In this document: positions 29,299 to 38,650 of the stretch, in pieces
Layout: each line of letters opens with the position of its first letter
Position numbering within the stretch: the first letter of the stretch is position 1
DNA from: Prolixibacteraceae bacterium UBA6029
GTDB lineage: Bacteria > Bacteroidota > Bacteroidia > Bacteroidales > Prolixibacteraceae
NCBI GenBank assembly: GCA_002429385.1
Contig: DIZL01000048.1
Location: 800 to 64,799 of the forward strand
Length of the DNA stretch: 64,000 nt
Reading direction: 5' to 3'
Position numbers and translations under genes: made by a program
Notes under the pieces: generated by a model
The model's database searches: none
Seen by the model: only the letters and a program-made list of their open reading frames with translations
Told to the model about the DNA's origin: nothing

Positions 29299-31749
29299 AT
29301 GTTTAAAAATTTAATTCTATCAATAGTTTTATTCTTACTGAGTTGTAATTATCTGTATAGTCAAAACAAAATCAAGATCACAGGTATTGTAATTGATGCC
29401 CTTCAGAAAACCCCGGTTGAGTATTGCAGTGTAGCTTTAATAGACCAGCAAACCGGGAAAATCATCGATGGAGTCATTAGTAATGCAAAAGGAGCATTTG
29501 CTTTAGTTGTCCAAAAACCAGGTATTTATAAAATAAAGGCAGACTTCATTTCTTACCATCCATACCTTAAAGATAGCATTCGGATAGATAAAACCGACCT
29601 TAACATAGGTACTTTGCTTTTGCAACCGGCTGCTATTAATATGAATGAAGTGACTGTTACGGGGACTAAAGCTGCGATCGAAAATCATATTGATAAAATG
29701 GTCTACAACCCGGGCAATGACCTTACTGCCCAGGGGGGCGTTGCGATTGATATTCTAAAAAAAGTACCCATGGTCAGCGTAGATATTAATGGGAACATAG
29801 AATTGATGGGTAGCAGCAGTATCCGCTTTCTGATTAATGGTAAGCCATCGAGTTTATTTGGTGCAAGCATAACTGATGCCTTACAGTCAATTCCTGCCGA
29901 CCAGATCAAAGATATTGAAGTAATCACCAGCCCTGGTGCGAAGTATGATGCTACAGGAACCGGAGGGATCATCAATATCATATTAAAAGATAATCAGGTC
30001 CAGGGAATTAATAGTAGTGTGAATCTCACTGTCGGTACTCGTCGTGAAAACGGATCGTACACTTTAAATGCCCGTAAGGGTAATTTTGGAGTTGGTGTAT
30101 TTCTGAATGGAAACAGGCAGTTTAATACGATAACTAAAAACACCAGTAACCGGCAGTCATATAATGCTGCTAAAGATACGATCAACCAACTTTACCAGCA
30201 TGGAGAAAACCCTTATACGAGGAGCGGTTACCGGTCGGGGATAAATTTCAACTGGAGTATTACTAAAAAAGACGAGCTGACTGCTGGTTTTAACTATAAT
30301 CATTTTGAAAACCATGGAACCGGAATAACCAATCAGGATCAGCAAACCTTATTGTCAACGGGCAACGTTTTAGCAGATTTATTGACCGACAGGGCTTCTG
30401 ACAGCAGGATGAGCGCCAATTCCACTGACTGGAGCCTGAGTTACAAAAAAACATTTAATAAGAAAGATCAGGAATTAGACGTGTTGTATAATTCAAGTAA
30501 CGGAAATAATTTGAATAATGCCTCACAAACCACCACCTATCTGAGTGGCGGCCGTCAATCATCAGGCTTGCGCAGTAATAACCCCGGCCAGGATCATCAA
30601 TCCGAACTATCGCTTGATTATACACAGCCTGTCATCGAAGGTTTTACAATTGAAACAGGGGGAAAGTTTATTGTGCAGGATATCAGCAACAGCGTATTAA
30701 CCGATACTTTGCTTACGAATGGGCTTTATGCCCGAAACAATGGCCAGACCTATAGTTTTAATTACAAACGCAGTATATATGCCGCTTATCTTTCAACATC
30801 CTTTTCTTTTTTTCATGATTTTCTGATTGGGAAAGCAGGTTTACGCTATGAGCGAACCAATACTTCTGCTGATTTTGCAGGAACTTCGATTCCAGGTTAT
30901 AATACTTTTGCTCCTTCATTTACGGTTCAGCATAAAATAGGTAAGACTCAATTTTTCAAATTTGCCTACAGCTATCGTATAGAAAGACCTGACTATGGTG
31001 ATCTTAATCCATTTTTCAATATAAGTGATCCACATAATATTAGCACGGGTAATCCCTTAGTGAAGCCAGAGATTGGGCATAATTATGAACTGGGCTATAA
31101 TAAGACGTTCGAAAAAGGAGGAAATATATATTTTGCAGGATCTTACCGTTATAATACTGATGATATGCAGTCTTTAACCACTTTCTATAAAACTCTTCCC
31201 GTTAATGGAACCGATTATAATGATGTTGCATTAACAACCAGATATAACATTGGTTCACAAACAAGCATTGGGGCCAACATTTTTGGGTCGGTGCCTGTAA
31301 CCAAAAAACTGAACCTACGTTCGAATATACAACTTGGAGAGCGGACAAATACCAACCCCGGTATGCCCAGCGTTAGCGGGTTCTCCTATCGTGCCAATTT
31401 AAATGCGAGCTACGAGTTGCCACATGATCTCGCATTCGAGGTTTTTGGCAACTACAATTCATCACAAAAGAATATTCAAAGTACCCGTCCTGCCTTTTTC
31501 TTCTATAACCTGGCAATACGGAAACAATTTCTGAATAAAAATGCCAGTATTGGTTTAACCGCTACAAATCCATTCGGGATGTATATTACTCAAAGGTCTG
31601 CATCGTATGGATCAAATTTTTATCAGTCAAACATAAGGTTGATACCATTCCAGTCATTTGGAATTACACTCAGTTATAAATTGGGCAAGTTGGAATTTAA
31701 AAAGGATGCCAAAGATGAAAACAATAATCCTCAACAACCGGATTTATAA
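29299..31749 (+). CDS. Outer-membrane beta-barrel protein (CarboxypepD_reg N-domain plus OMP_b-brl_3/TonB-receptor-like barrel)
   Basis: 816 aa with a signal peptide. N-terminal ITGIVIDALQKTPVEYCSVALID, a plug-like region (ILKKVPMVSVDINGNIELMGSS..RFLINGKPS), and a long alternating beta pattern to the C-terminus. Confidence 0.72.
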   Translation: MFKNLILSIVLFLLSCNYLYSQNKIKITGIVIDALQKTPVEYCSVALIDQQTGKIIDGVISNAKGAFALVVQKPGIYKIKADFISYHPYLKDSIRIDKTDLNIGTLLLQPAAINMNEVTVTGTKAAIENHIDKMVYNPGNDLTAQGGVAIDILKKVPMVSVDINGNIELMGSSSIRFLINGKPSSLFGASITDALQSIPADQIKDIEVITSPGAKYDATGTGGIINIILKDNQVQGINSSVNLTVGTRRENGSYTLNARKGNFGVGVFLNGNRQFNTITKNTSNRQSYNAAKDTINQLYQHGENPYTRSGYRSGINFNWSITKKDELTAGFNYNHFENHGTGITNQDQQTLLSTGNVLADLLTDRASDSRMSANSTDWSLSYKKTFNKKDQELDVLYNSSNGNNLNNASQTTTYLSGGRQSSGLRSNNPGQDHQSELSLDYTQPVIEGFTIETGGKFIVQDISNSVLTDTLLTNGLYARNNGQTYSFNYKRSIYAAYLSTSFSFFHDFLIGKAGLRYERTNTSADFAGTSIPGYNTFAPSFTVQHKIGKTQFFKFAYSYRIERPDYGDLNPFFNISDPHNISTGNPLVKPEIGHNYELGYNKTFEKGGNIYFAGSYRYNTDDMQSLTTFYKTLPVNGTDYNDVALTTRYNIGSQTSIGANIFGSVPVTKKLNLRSNIQLGERTNTNPGMPSVSGFSYRANLNASYELPHDLAFEVFGNYNSSQKNIQSTRPAFFFYNLAIRKQFLNKNASIGLTATNPFGMYITQRSASYGSNFYQSNIRLIPFQSFGITLSYKLGKLEFKKDAKDENNNPQQPDL

Positions 31750-32008
31750 TTAATGCACATTGAGAACTAAATGCTTTGCTATTTGCTACTGAATAACATC
31801 TTTTGACGCATTAATTTAATAAATAGCATTAAGTTATCCCTTTTTCATTCATCCAATAGAAATCTTACTTTAAAAAGACTTCAGAGTTTCACGAATCCTA
31901 ATTACCTGACATTCAATACTTCCCCAAGGCATTAAAAAATAGTCTGTGCAAAACACTGCAAATAGATGCATTACACACTGACTATCAATTATTTAGTTGT
32001 ATATTTAT

Positions 32009-32016
32009 TATCTTTG
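32009..32016 (+). promoter_or_regulatory. -7 box TATCTTTG upstream of the second DUF6266-like gene
   Basis: Same tatctttgtatag 13-mer as at 28153, 76 nt before ATG 32093. Confidence 0.5.
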
Positions 32017-32092
32017 TATAGCGAATGATAAAGAAGGAATAACTCGCGTAAAGTCCAACCGAGTCGGAGCACAAACAATTAAAATTACTATC

Positions 32093-32734
32093 ATGAGTAC
32101 TATCAAACAGGGTATCTTAGGTGGCTTCTCCGGTAAAACCGGGACAGTCATCGGAAGCAGCTGAAAAGGCATCGCTGTTATGCGTGGAATAGCCCCCAGC
32201 ATTGCACAACCCAATACAGAAGCACAGCTCAATCAAAGGGCCAGGTTTTCTGTAGTGGGCAAGTTCTTACGTCCTCTTATTCCCTTTCTGCGGATAGGGT
32301 TTAGAAGCCAGGCAGTAAAAATGTCGGGTTTTAATGCGGCTATGTCGTACAACCTGGAGAATGCCCTTACTGGTACTTACCCAGCTTACGACATCGACTT
32401 CTCAAAAGCGCTGGTCAGCCAGGGTTCCCTTCCGGGGGCTTTAAACCCTGAAGTCACCTCCTCAACGGCAGGCGAAATCGGGTACACCTGGGAAGATAAT
32501 TCAGACGACACCAACGCCTCTGAAAACGACAAGGTCTTGCTGGTAGTGTATAACCCGGTTAAGAAAAGAGCGGTTACGGTAGTAGGTGGAAATACCCGCA
32601 TCGGTGGCAGTCAGTCCATCACTCTTCCTTCCAACTTCTCAGGCGACGAAGTTCAGTGCTACATTTCCTTCGGAACGGCTACTCAGTCGGTTGTCTCCAA
32701 CAGCGAGTTCGCAGGCGGGATAATCGTATCGTAG
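32093..32734 (+). pseudogene. DUF6266-like paralog interrupted by an in-frame TGA at 32162..32164
   Basis: ATG 32093 opens MSTIKQGILGGFSGKTGTVIGSS*KGIAVMRGIAPS..., in the same frame as track ORF 32180..32734. The N-terminus aligns to 28259..28897, and the stop aligns to Arg24 (CGG) of that paralog. Confidence 0.55.
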
Positions 32735-32903
32735 TCGGAAAAGAAAACTACCTCTCTTTAAAAAACCGTTCTCTGATTGGGGGCAGTTTTTCAGGATTAA
32801 AAAAAGCGTTCTTTGACATATTGGGAAAATACGAAATAGAAAAGAGGAGAAGGTAATTACCGTTGGTTTTGACAAGGTAACCCCTTTCTGTTTTTTCTTA
32901 CTT

Positions 32904-35900
32904 TCAGTTATGAATATCCACACTGCCAGTCCGCTTCAAAATACCCCAGGCAGCCAGTTCGCCCTTGATGGCCCTCAGGTAACCTTTCACCAAAACGTAC
33001 CATAACAGTTGCCGGTAGAGTATACGTTGCAGAAACAGGTTAAAACCATCGCGCAGGCTAAGCTTTTCACCGTCGAGCCGGAAGGCTATGGCCGAAATCG
33101 CCAGGTCAAGCGCATAATAGGCAAAATAGAGGATTACAAGTATGCCTGCTTTGGGCATGAAAAACGAGAACAGCAGGGTAATATCAACCAAAGGCGCCAG
33201 CAAAGGGAGTATGAGCTGGAACACCAGCATATTGGGCAGTACGATCCATCCCAGGTTGGGAGTTTTGCGTACAAACAGCCTGTCATGATGTTTCCAGAAG
33301 GACTGCATAATACCGAATGTCCAGCGGAAGCGCTGTTTTAACAGCATCTTCAATGTCTCGGGCGCTTCGGTAAAAGCCTGTGCCCGGTTACAGGATTGCA
33401 CTTTATAACCTTCACGCAGCAGTCGTAAGGTAAGGTCACAATCTTCGGCCAGCGTGTCGGTGGTAAACAGTCCCACCTTTTCAACCGCATCGCGCCGGAA
33501 GGCTCCAATGGCGCCGGGAATAACCATAATGGCATTCACATACGAATAAGCCCTCCGGTCGAAATTCTGGCTGGTAATGTATTCAATCGACTGCCAGCGG
33601 GTCAAAAGATTCATGCGGTTGCCCACTTTGACGTTTCCGGCCACAGCAGCCACCTTCGGATCAGAAAAATAATCGACCATAAGCGAAACGGCATCTGTTT
33701 TTAATACCGTATCGGCATCAATACATACGAGGATGTCTCCCGTAGCATAAGCTATTCCGTAATTCAGGGCTGAAGCTTTTCCACCATTGGGTTTGGTAAG
33801 AACTTTCACCCTGGGGTGATCACCATAAAGGGCCAGAATATTCGCATAGGTGTTATCCTTCGATCCGTCATCCACAAAAATGATTTCAAAATCAGGATAA
33901 TCAGTCAGAAGAAGATTTTCAACCGTCTTGGGAGCAGTAATTTCCTCGTTATAGCCAGGAACGATAATACTTACTTTATTGGTAGGCTGAGGAATAATCG
34001 TGGCATAATGCCTTTTGGAATCCCTGTATTGACGGATAGCCAGTACAGCAAGGCTTAGAATCTTAAGCAGCGAAAGTACCAGGGCCAGAAGGAAAATCGT
34101 TGAGATGATCCGGTTAAAATAATAGGTTACACTAAAGACCGTTGCATCGGCAGTTTCAAGATACCGGTAGAAAGGTTCTTTGGGCGGCGGCATGACATCA
34201 TCGCGCTTTTTATGGATAAGCGAGGCCAGACTGATAAACTCGTAGCCCTTCGACCTGTAGTATTCGATGATGCGCGGCAAAGCCTTGATCGTCTCCTCTC
34301 GGTTACCGCCTGCATCATGCAGAAGCATAATATTTCCCAGTCCCTGCTGCTGGATGGCACGCTGAACGATGGTATCTGCGGATACCCCAACCTGCCAGTC
34401 ATTCGGGTCGATGGATGAACCGATGGTCAGGTACCCTTCGTTCTTCGCAATAGATATTGGCCTGATTTGCAGCGCGACTGTCGGTTCAGCATCGGTATTG
34501 TATGGCGGTCTGAAGAGTATGGTGGCATGGCCTGTGATACTTTCGATGATGTAACCGGTCGTACGCAGTTCAATCTTCAGACGGTCGTCCGAAGCCAGTT
34601 CCAGGTTGGGATGCAAAAAGGTGTGATTGCCAATTTCATGCCCTTCGTTGTATATCCGGCGCACCAGGGGCAGGTTTTGCTCAGCATTGATACCTGTGAT
34701 AAAGAATACGGCCGGCACTTTATATTTGGCAAGGATGTCGAGGATTCTCGGGGTGTACCGTTCGTCAGGACCATCATCAAAAGTCAGTACAATCTTTTTC
34801 GTAGCTTCACCTGCTTTATTGATGACATAGCTGGTCGGCAGGCTCAGGTATTCTTCTTCGGCAATCAGCTTGTCTTTCGGATCGTATTCAATTTTCAGGC
34901 TTCCTCCATGCGGAGTGGTAAGAATATTCAGCACCTCTCCTGCCCCAACATAATCGACACCATACGAAGACGGGGCGTTAGAAATACTTTCGGGATCGAA
35001 ATTCTTTTCAGCAAGCCCGCCCGCAGAAAGATCATGGTCGAAGAACTGCCAGATACGATGATCTTCAGAGCCTAAAAACCAAACCGCCACTCCCGAGGTC
35101 TGAAAATCGGCAGCTGCACGCATGGCATTGAAGGCCGTTGCCGCATCGGCGAAATACACCTGGTGAGGCTGATCGTTTTCGTCATTATACGTGTAATTCA
35201 GGTTATAGGTGTTGTTGTCGAAGATCACTTTGGCATTTTTCTCCAGGGCCGTTGAAATGGCTTCCTGGTAAGTAACATCATCGCCCTGAAATCCGGCAGT
35301 CCAATCGTAACCGAAAGCTGCAAGACACAGAATAACCTTATCCGAAGGAATCTCTTTGCACAATTGATCCAGGGCTGATTCGACCCAGTATTGCGCGGCA
35401 ACAGGACCGGCCGTGGAGGTTGAATTATGCTGATCATAGCCCATCAGGAAAAGAAAATCATTGTATTTAGCCAGTTCTACAGGGTTGTAATCTTCATTAA
35501 AAGGAACAATATCCTGGGTGACGAGATACCCTTTTTCGTGAAGCTTTTGGTACATTTCTTTTTGAAAGAGAATCATGTACTCATCCGTCGTTTCATTCAT
35601 TTCTTCAAAGTCGATATTCACCCCGTTGAACTTATACTGATCAAGAATTGCGAGGAGATTATCTATCAGCCGGATACGACCAACCGGTGAAGTAATGATC
35701 TGGTGTACATTATTCCCATTCCAGACATTGTTGAAATTGTTTGTAAGCATGGGAACGACAGCCATGTGATTCTTCCTCATAATTTCCAGGGCAGAATTAT
35801 CAATATCGACGGCTATTTTACCGGTTGAATCCTGAACAAACAACCATTCAGGAAGCACCATATTAATCTTTGAGGCATTCTGTATCAGTGAATATTTGGA

Positions 35901-36275
35901 TTGTATATCCCAGTTGACATAGAATGCAGCACGGACGGGTTTATACTTTCGTATTTCTCCCGGAAGTATCTTGTTCTTTTTATAAAAGTCATGCCCTGTA
36001 TGCGTCCTGGCTTCTCTGGCCAGTTCCATAAACTTGTTTATTTCAGCCAGTTCGATATCTTTGCTCTTGAACTTCTCACTATCCTTTTGCGAAAGGACAA
36101 GATGTTCGCGTAAGGTGGGCAACCGAAAAACCTGCCGGTGAAATAGCGAGACCAAAATTGATGTGATTGCAATCACCAATATGACGGCAATGATTTTTAC
36201 TAACCATTTAAACCTCTTCCACCGTGAAGGGTTTTGCGAATAAAATACCGGTCTGTCAGTTGGATTTGTACTCAT
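32904..36275 (-). CDS. Triple-fusion membrane enzyme: GH18-like domain, CE4 polysaccharide deacetylase, and processive family-2 glycosyltransferase (PgaC/IcaA-like)
   Basis: 1123 aa with an N-terminal TM. GH18-like block with NGVNIDFEE (aa ~115-405). NodB motifs TFDDGPDERYT and HEIGNHTFLH (aa ~495-685). GT2 motifs VDDGSKDNT, CIDADT and QRFRWTFG (aa ~767-990). C-terminal TM helices. Confidence 0.8.
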   Translation of the reverse strand: MSTNPTDRPVFYSQNPSRWKRFKWLVKIIAVILVIAITSILVSLFHRQVFRLPTLREHLVLSQKDSEKFKSKDIELAEINKFMELAREARTHTGHDFYKKNKILPGEIRKYKPVRAAFYVNWDIQSKYSLIQNASKINMVLPEWLFVQDSTGKIAVDIDNSALEIMRKNHMAVVPMLTNNFNNVWNGNNVHQIITSPVGRIRLIDNLLAILDQYKFNGVNIDFEEMNETTDEYMILFQKEMYQKLHEKGYLVTQDIVPFNEDYNPVELAKYNDFLFLMGYDQHNSTSTAGPVAAQYWVESALDQLCKEIPSDKVILCLAAFGYDWTAGFQGDDVTYQEAISTALEKNAKVIFDNNTYNLNYTYNDENDQPHQVYFADAATAFNAMRAAADFQTSGVAVWFLGSEDHRIWQFFDHDLSAGGLAEKNFDPESISNAPSSYGVDYVGAGEVLNILTTPHGGSLKIEYDPKDKLIAEEEYLSLPTSYVINKAGEATKKIVLTFDDGPDERYTPRILDILAKYKVPAVFFITGINAEQNLPLVRRIYNEGHEIGNHTFLHPNLELASDDRLKIELRTTGYIIESITGHATILFRPPYNTDAEPTVALQIRPISIAKNEGYLTIGSSIDPNDWQVGVSADTIVQRAIQQQGLGNIMLLHDAGGNREETIKALPRIIEYYRSKGYEFISLASLIHKKRDDVMPPPKEPFYRYLETADATVFSVTYYFNRIISTIFLLALVLSLLKILSLAVLAIRQYRDSKRHYATIIPQPTNKVSIIVPGYNEEITAPKTVENLLLTDYPDFEIIFVDDGSKDNTYANILALYGDHPRVKVLTKPNGGKASALNYGIAYATGDILVCIDADTVLKTDAVSLMVDYFSDPKVAAVAGNVKVGNRMNLLTRWQSIEYITSQNFDRRAYSYVNAIMVIPGAIGAFRRDAVEKVGLFTTDTLAEDCDLTLRLLREGYKVQSCNRAQAFTEAPETLKMLLKQRFRWTFGIMQSFWKHHDRLFVRKTPNLGWIVLPNMLVFQLILPLLAPLVDITLLFSFFMPKAGILVILYFAYYALDLAISAIAFRLDGEKLSLRDGFNLFLQRILYRQLLWYVLVKGYLRAIKGELAAWGILKRTGSVDIHN

Positions 36276-36338
36276 GAAAAGTGAATTATTAAGCTGTCCG
36301 TTATTTTCTGCAACTTATAGCCATTAGAAAACAACTCA

Positions 36339-36346
36339 CAAAAATA
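36339..36346 (-). promoter_or_regulatory. -7 box TATTTTTG upstream of the triple-fusion gene
   Basis: The minus strand reads atgTATTTTTGtgag, about 63 nt before the ATG. Confidence 0.45.
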
Positions 36347-36486
36347 CATAAAATAATCTGGTCATGGGCGCCATGAATGGGAAAGAGAAAAGAGGAAGAA
36401 GAAAAAAGGATACAGGAGAACGGAATAAGGACAAGACCGATCACAAATCACAGCGATCACTTCTCCATGCTCCGTTCTCCATGCCC

Positions 36487-38400
36487 CTAAAGCCTTTTCG
36501 CAGTGGGTTCATTCCTCAAATATTTATGAATGACCTCAGTCAACTTGGCTCTGCGGATTGGTTTTGAGAGGTAATCATCACATCCTGACTCCAGTACCCT
36601 TTCCCGTTCCGTACTTAAGGCAAAAGCGGTTTGGGCAATAATGACTACCTCTTTATTGAATTTTCGGATTTGCCGGGTAGCCTCATAACCATCCATCTCA
36701 GGCATCCTGATGTCCATCAGTACCAGGTCGATATCAGGGTTATTCCGACAGACATCAACAGCTTCAATTCCTGTTCTCACTCTTAAAAGTTCTTTGCAAT
36801 ACTTCTCCACAGAGAGAATGATCAGCATTTCAGAAAATTCATCATCCTCGGCGACCAATATCTTCAATTTCCTGGCGTGGACATCTTCTTCTTCTTCAGT
36901 TGCACCTGAATCTTTTATTTCCATTTCATCCAGCGGATCAACCTTAAGAGGAATGGTGAAATAAAATTCCGAACCTTTCCCAGGTTCACTTAACACCCGC
37001 ATTTTACCCCCCAATAGTTCAACATATGCTTTGGAAATAGATAAGCCCAACCCTGCACCTTCATACACCCTATTCAGAAAATCACTCCCTTTCCTGAATC
37101 GATCAAAAATGTAAATCAGCTGATCAGAACGGATCCCAACACCTGAATCCTTTACGTAAAATTCAACTTCGACAGGTTCGCCTGATTGTTGGCCTGTTAC
37201 GATCCGTCCATCGCCTTTACTCTGATCGGCATAGACATAATTACACCCTAATTCAATAAAGCCTGTATGCGTAAATTTAATAGCATTTTTAACCAGGTTG
37301 GTAAGTATGGCATACACTTTTTCACGATCGGTATGTGTTTTTGTTTTATTCTCAGGCAAACGATCAACCAGGAATATCTGCAATCCTTTTTGTTCCACTT
37401 CAGGTTTGAAGAAGGAATAAATATAGTTAAGCTGTTTGCTCAAATTAGTTTCAGTACTGGAAACGGTCATTTGGCCTGATTCAATTTTTGAAATATCAAG
37501 AATATCGTTGATGATATTAAGCAGACGATTACCGCTCCTTTCAATAATAGAGATATATCGTTGTCTTTTTTCCTCTGGCAAATCAGAGGGCTTCAGCAGT
37601 TCGGCAAAACCCAGTATTCCATTCATCGGTGTTCTGATCTCATGACTCATATTTGAAAGAAAGGCTGTCTTTAACCGATCGCTTTCTTCTGCTTTTTCCT
37701 TTGCTGCAATTAACTCTGCAGCACGTTTTTCTTTCTCCCTGATCTGTGTGACGAGTTCATTGTTGGCAACAATCAAGTGAGTAATACGCATTTCTTTCTC
37801 CCTGTTTTGAGCCTCAATCACCTTGTTTTTTTCAATAAGGTTGAGCTCTGCCAGCTTAAGATCAGTAATATCAACACCAATAACTAAGCAATTTTCACCG
37901 CTATCGGTAATGATGGCAGAAAGGTAAACATAAATCGGAGGGTTGCTCCTGGTTGACAGGGTCACCTCGCAGGTTTCCCTTGCAGAACTTCTGAATGTGT
38001 TTTTGAGAAAATGATTGAAGGTCGTTTTTACATCATCGGAGATATAATATCCTAACGGATGGTTTATTAACGCTGATCTTTCTTTTCCCAGCATCTGCGA
38101 TCCATATAGGTTTAAATCCAGAATAGTACCTTCTCTGGAAAGTTTAAAATAAACTGAGGGTGCAAAATCGTATAGCTCAGCATATTTTTCATCTGCCAGT
38201 TCTGCAGCACGTTCTTTCGCCAGTGCCAGTTCCTGGTTCTGTAATTCGAGTTCAATCTGATATACTTCAAGCTCATGGATGATTTTAAACACGTCAGCTT
38301 CAGAATGAGGTGAACCTGGCATTGATGGTTTCCTTTTCAGCAACTCCATTGCCCTGTTTCGCAGGCTGGAGTATTCCGAAGTTTTATCTATATTCTTCAT
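36487..38400 (-). CDS. Hybrid sensor histidine kinase/response regulator (coiled-coil, PAS, HisKA, HATPase, REC)
   Basis: 637 aa. H-box [14 protein letters not shown], ATPase G-boxes ([14 protein letters not shown]), and receiver KILVAEDD...[14 protein letters not shown]...SKP. Confidence 0.85.
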   Translation of the reverse strand: [637 protein letters not shown]

Positions 38401-38650
38401 GATTTAATTTTCAGGAGCAACTCAATGTGAGTTTATTACAACTAAAGTTACGAAATATTTTATAGATGTGCATTATCGGAATTATATATTTGACCGAAAA
38501 CTTCAAGTCTGAAAATGAGACCAGGGTGCAAACTCAGCTTACGCTTTTAAAGAAACAGCTATAGTCAGGAATGTTTCTGTCAAAACAGGTTGTAATTATT
38601 CACTAAAAACCGATACTTGTCTGTATATAAAACTAAATAATCATTCAACA

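Noticed and set aside
32162-32164. The in-frame TGA as selenocysteine or programmed readthrough.
   Set aside because: No SECIS-like hairpin is evident just downstream, the paralog has Arg at that position, and no sel genes are in the window. A nonsense mutation or sequencing error is more parsimonious.
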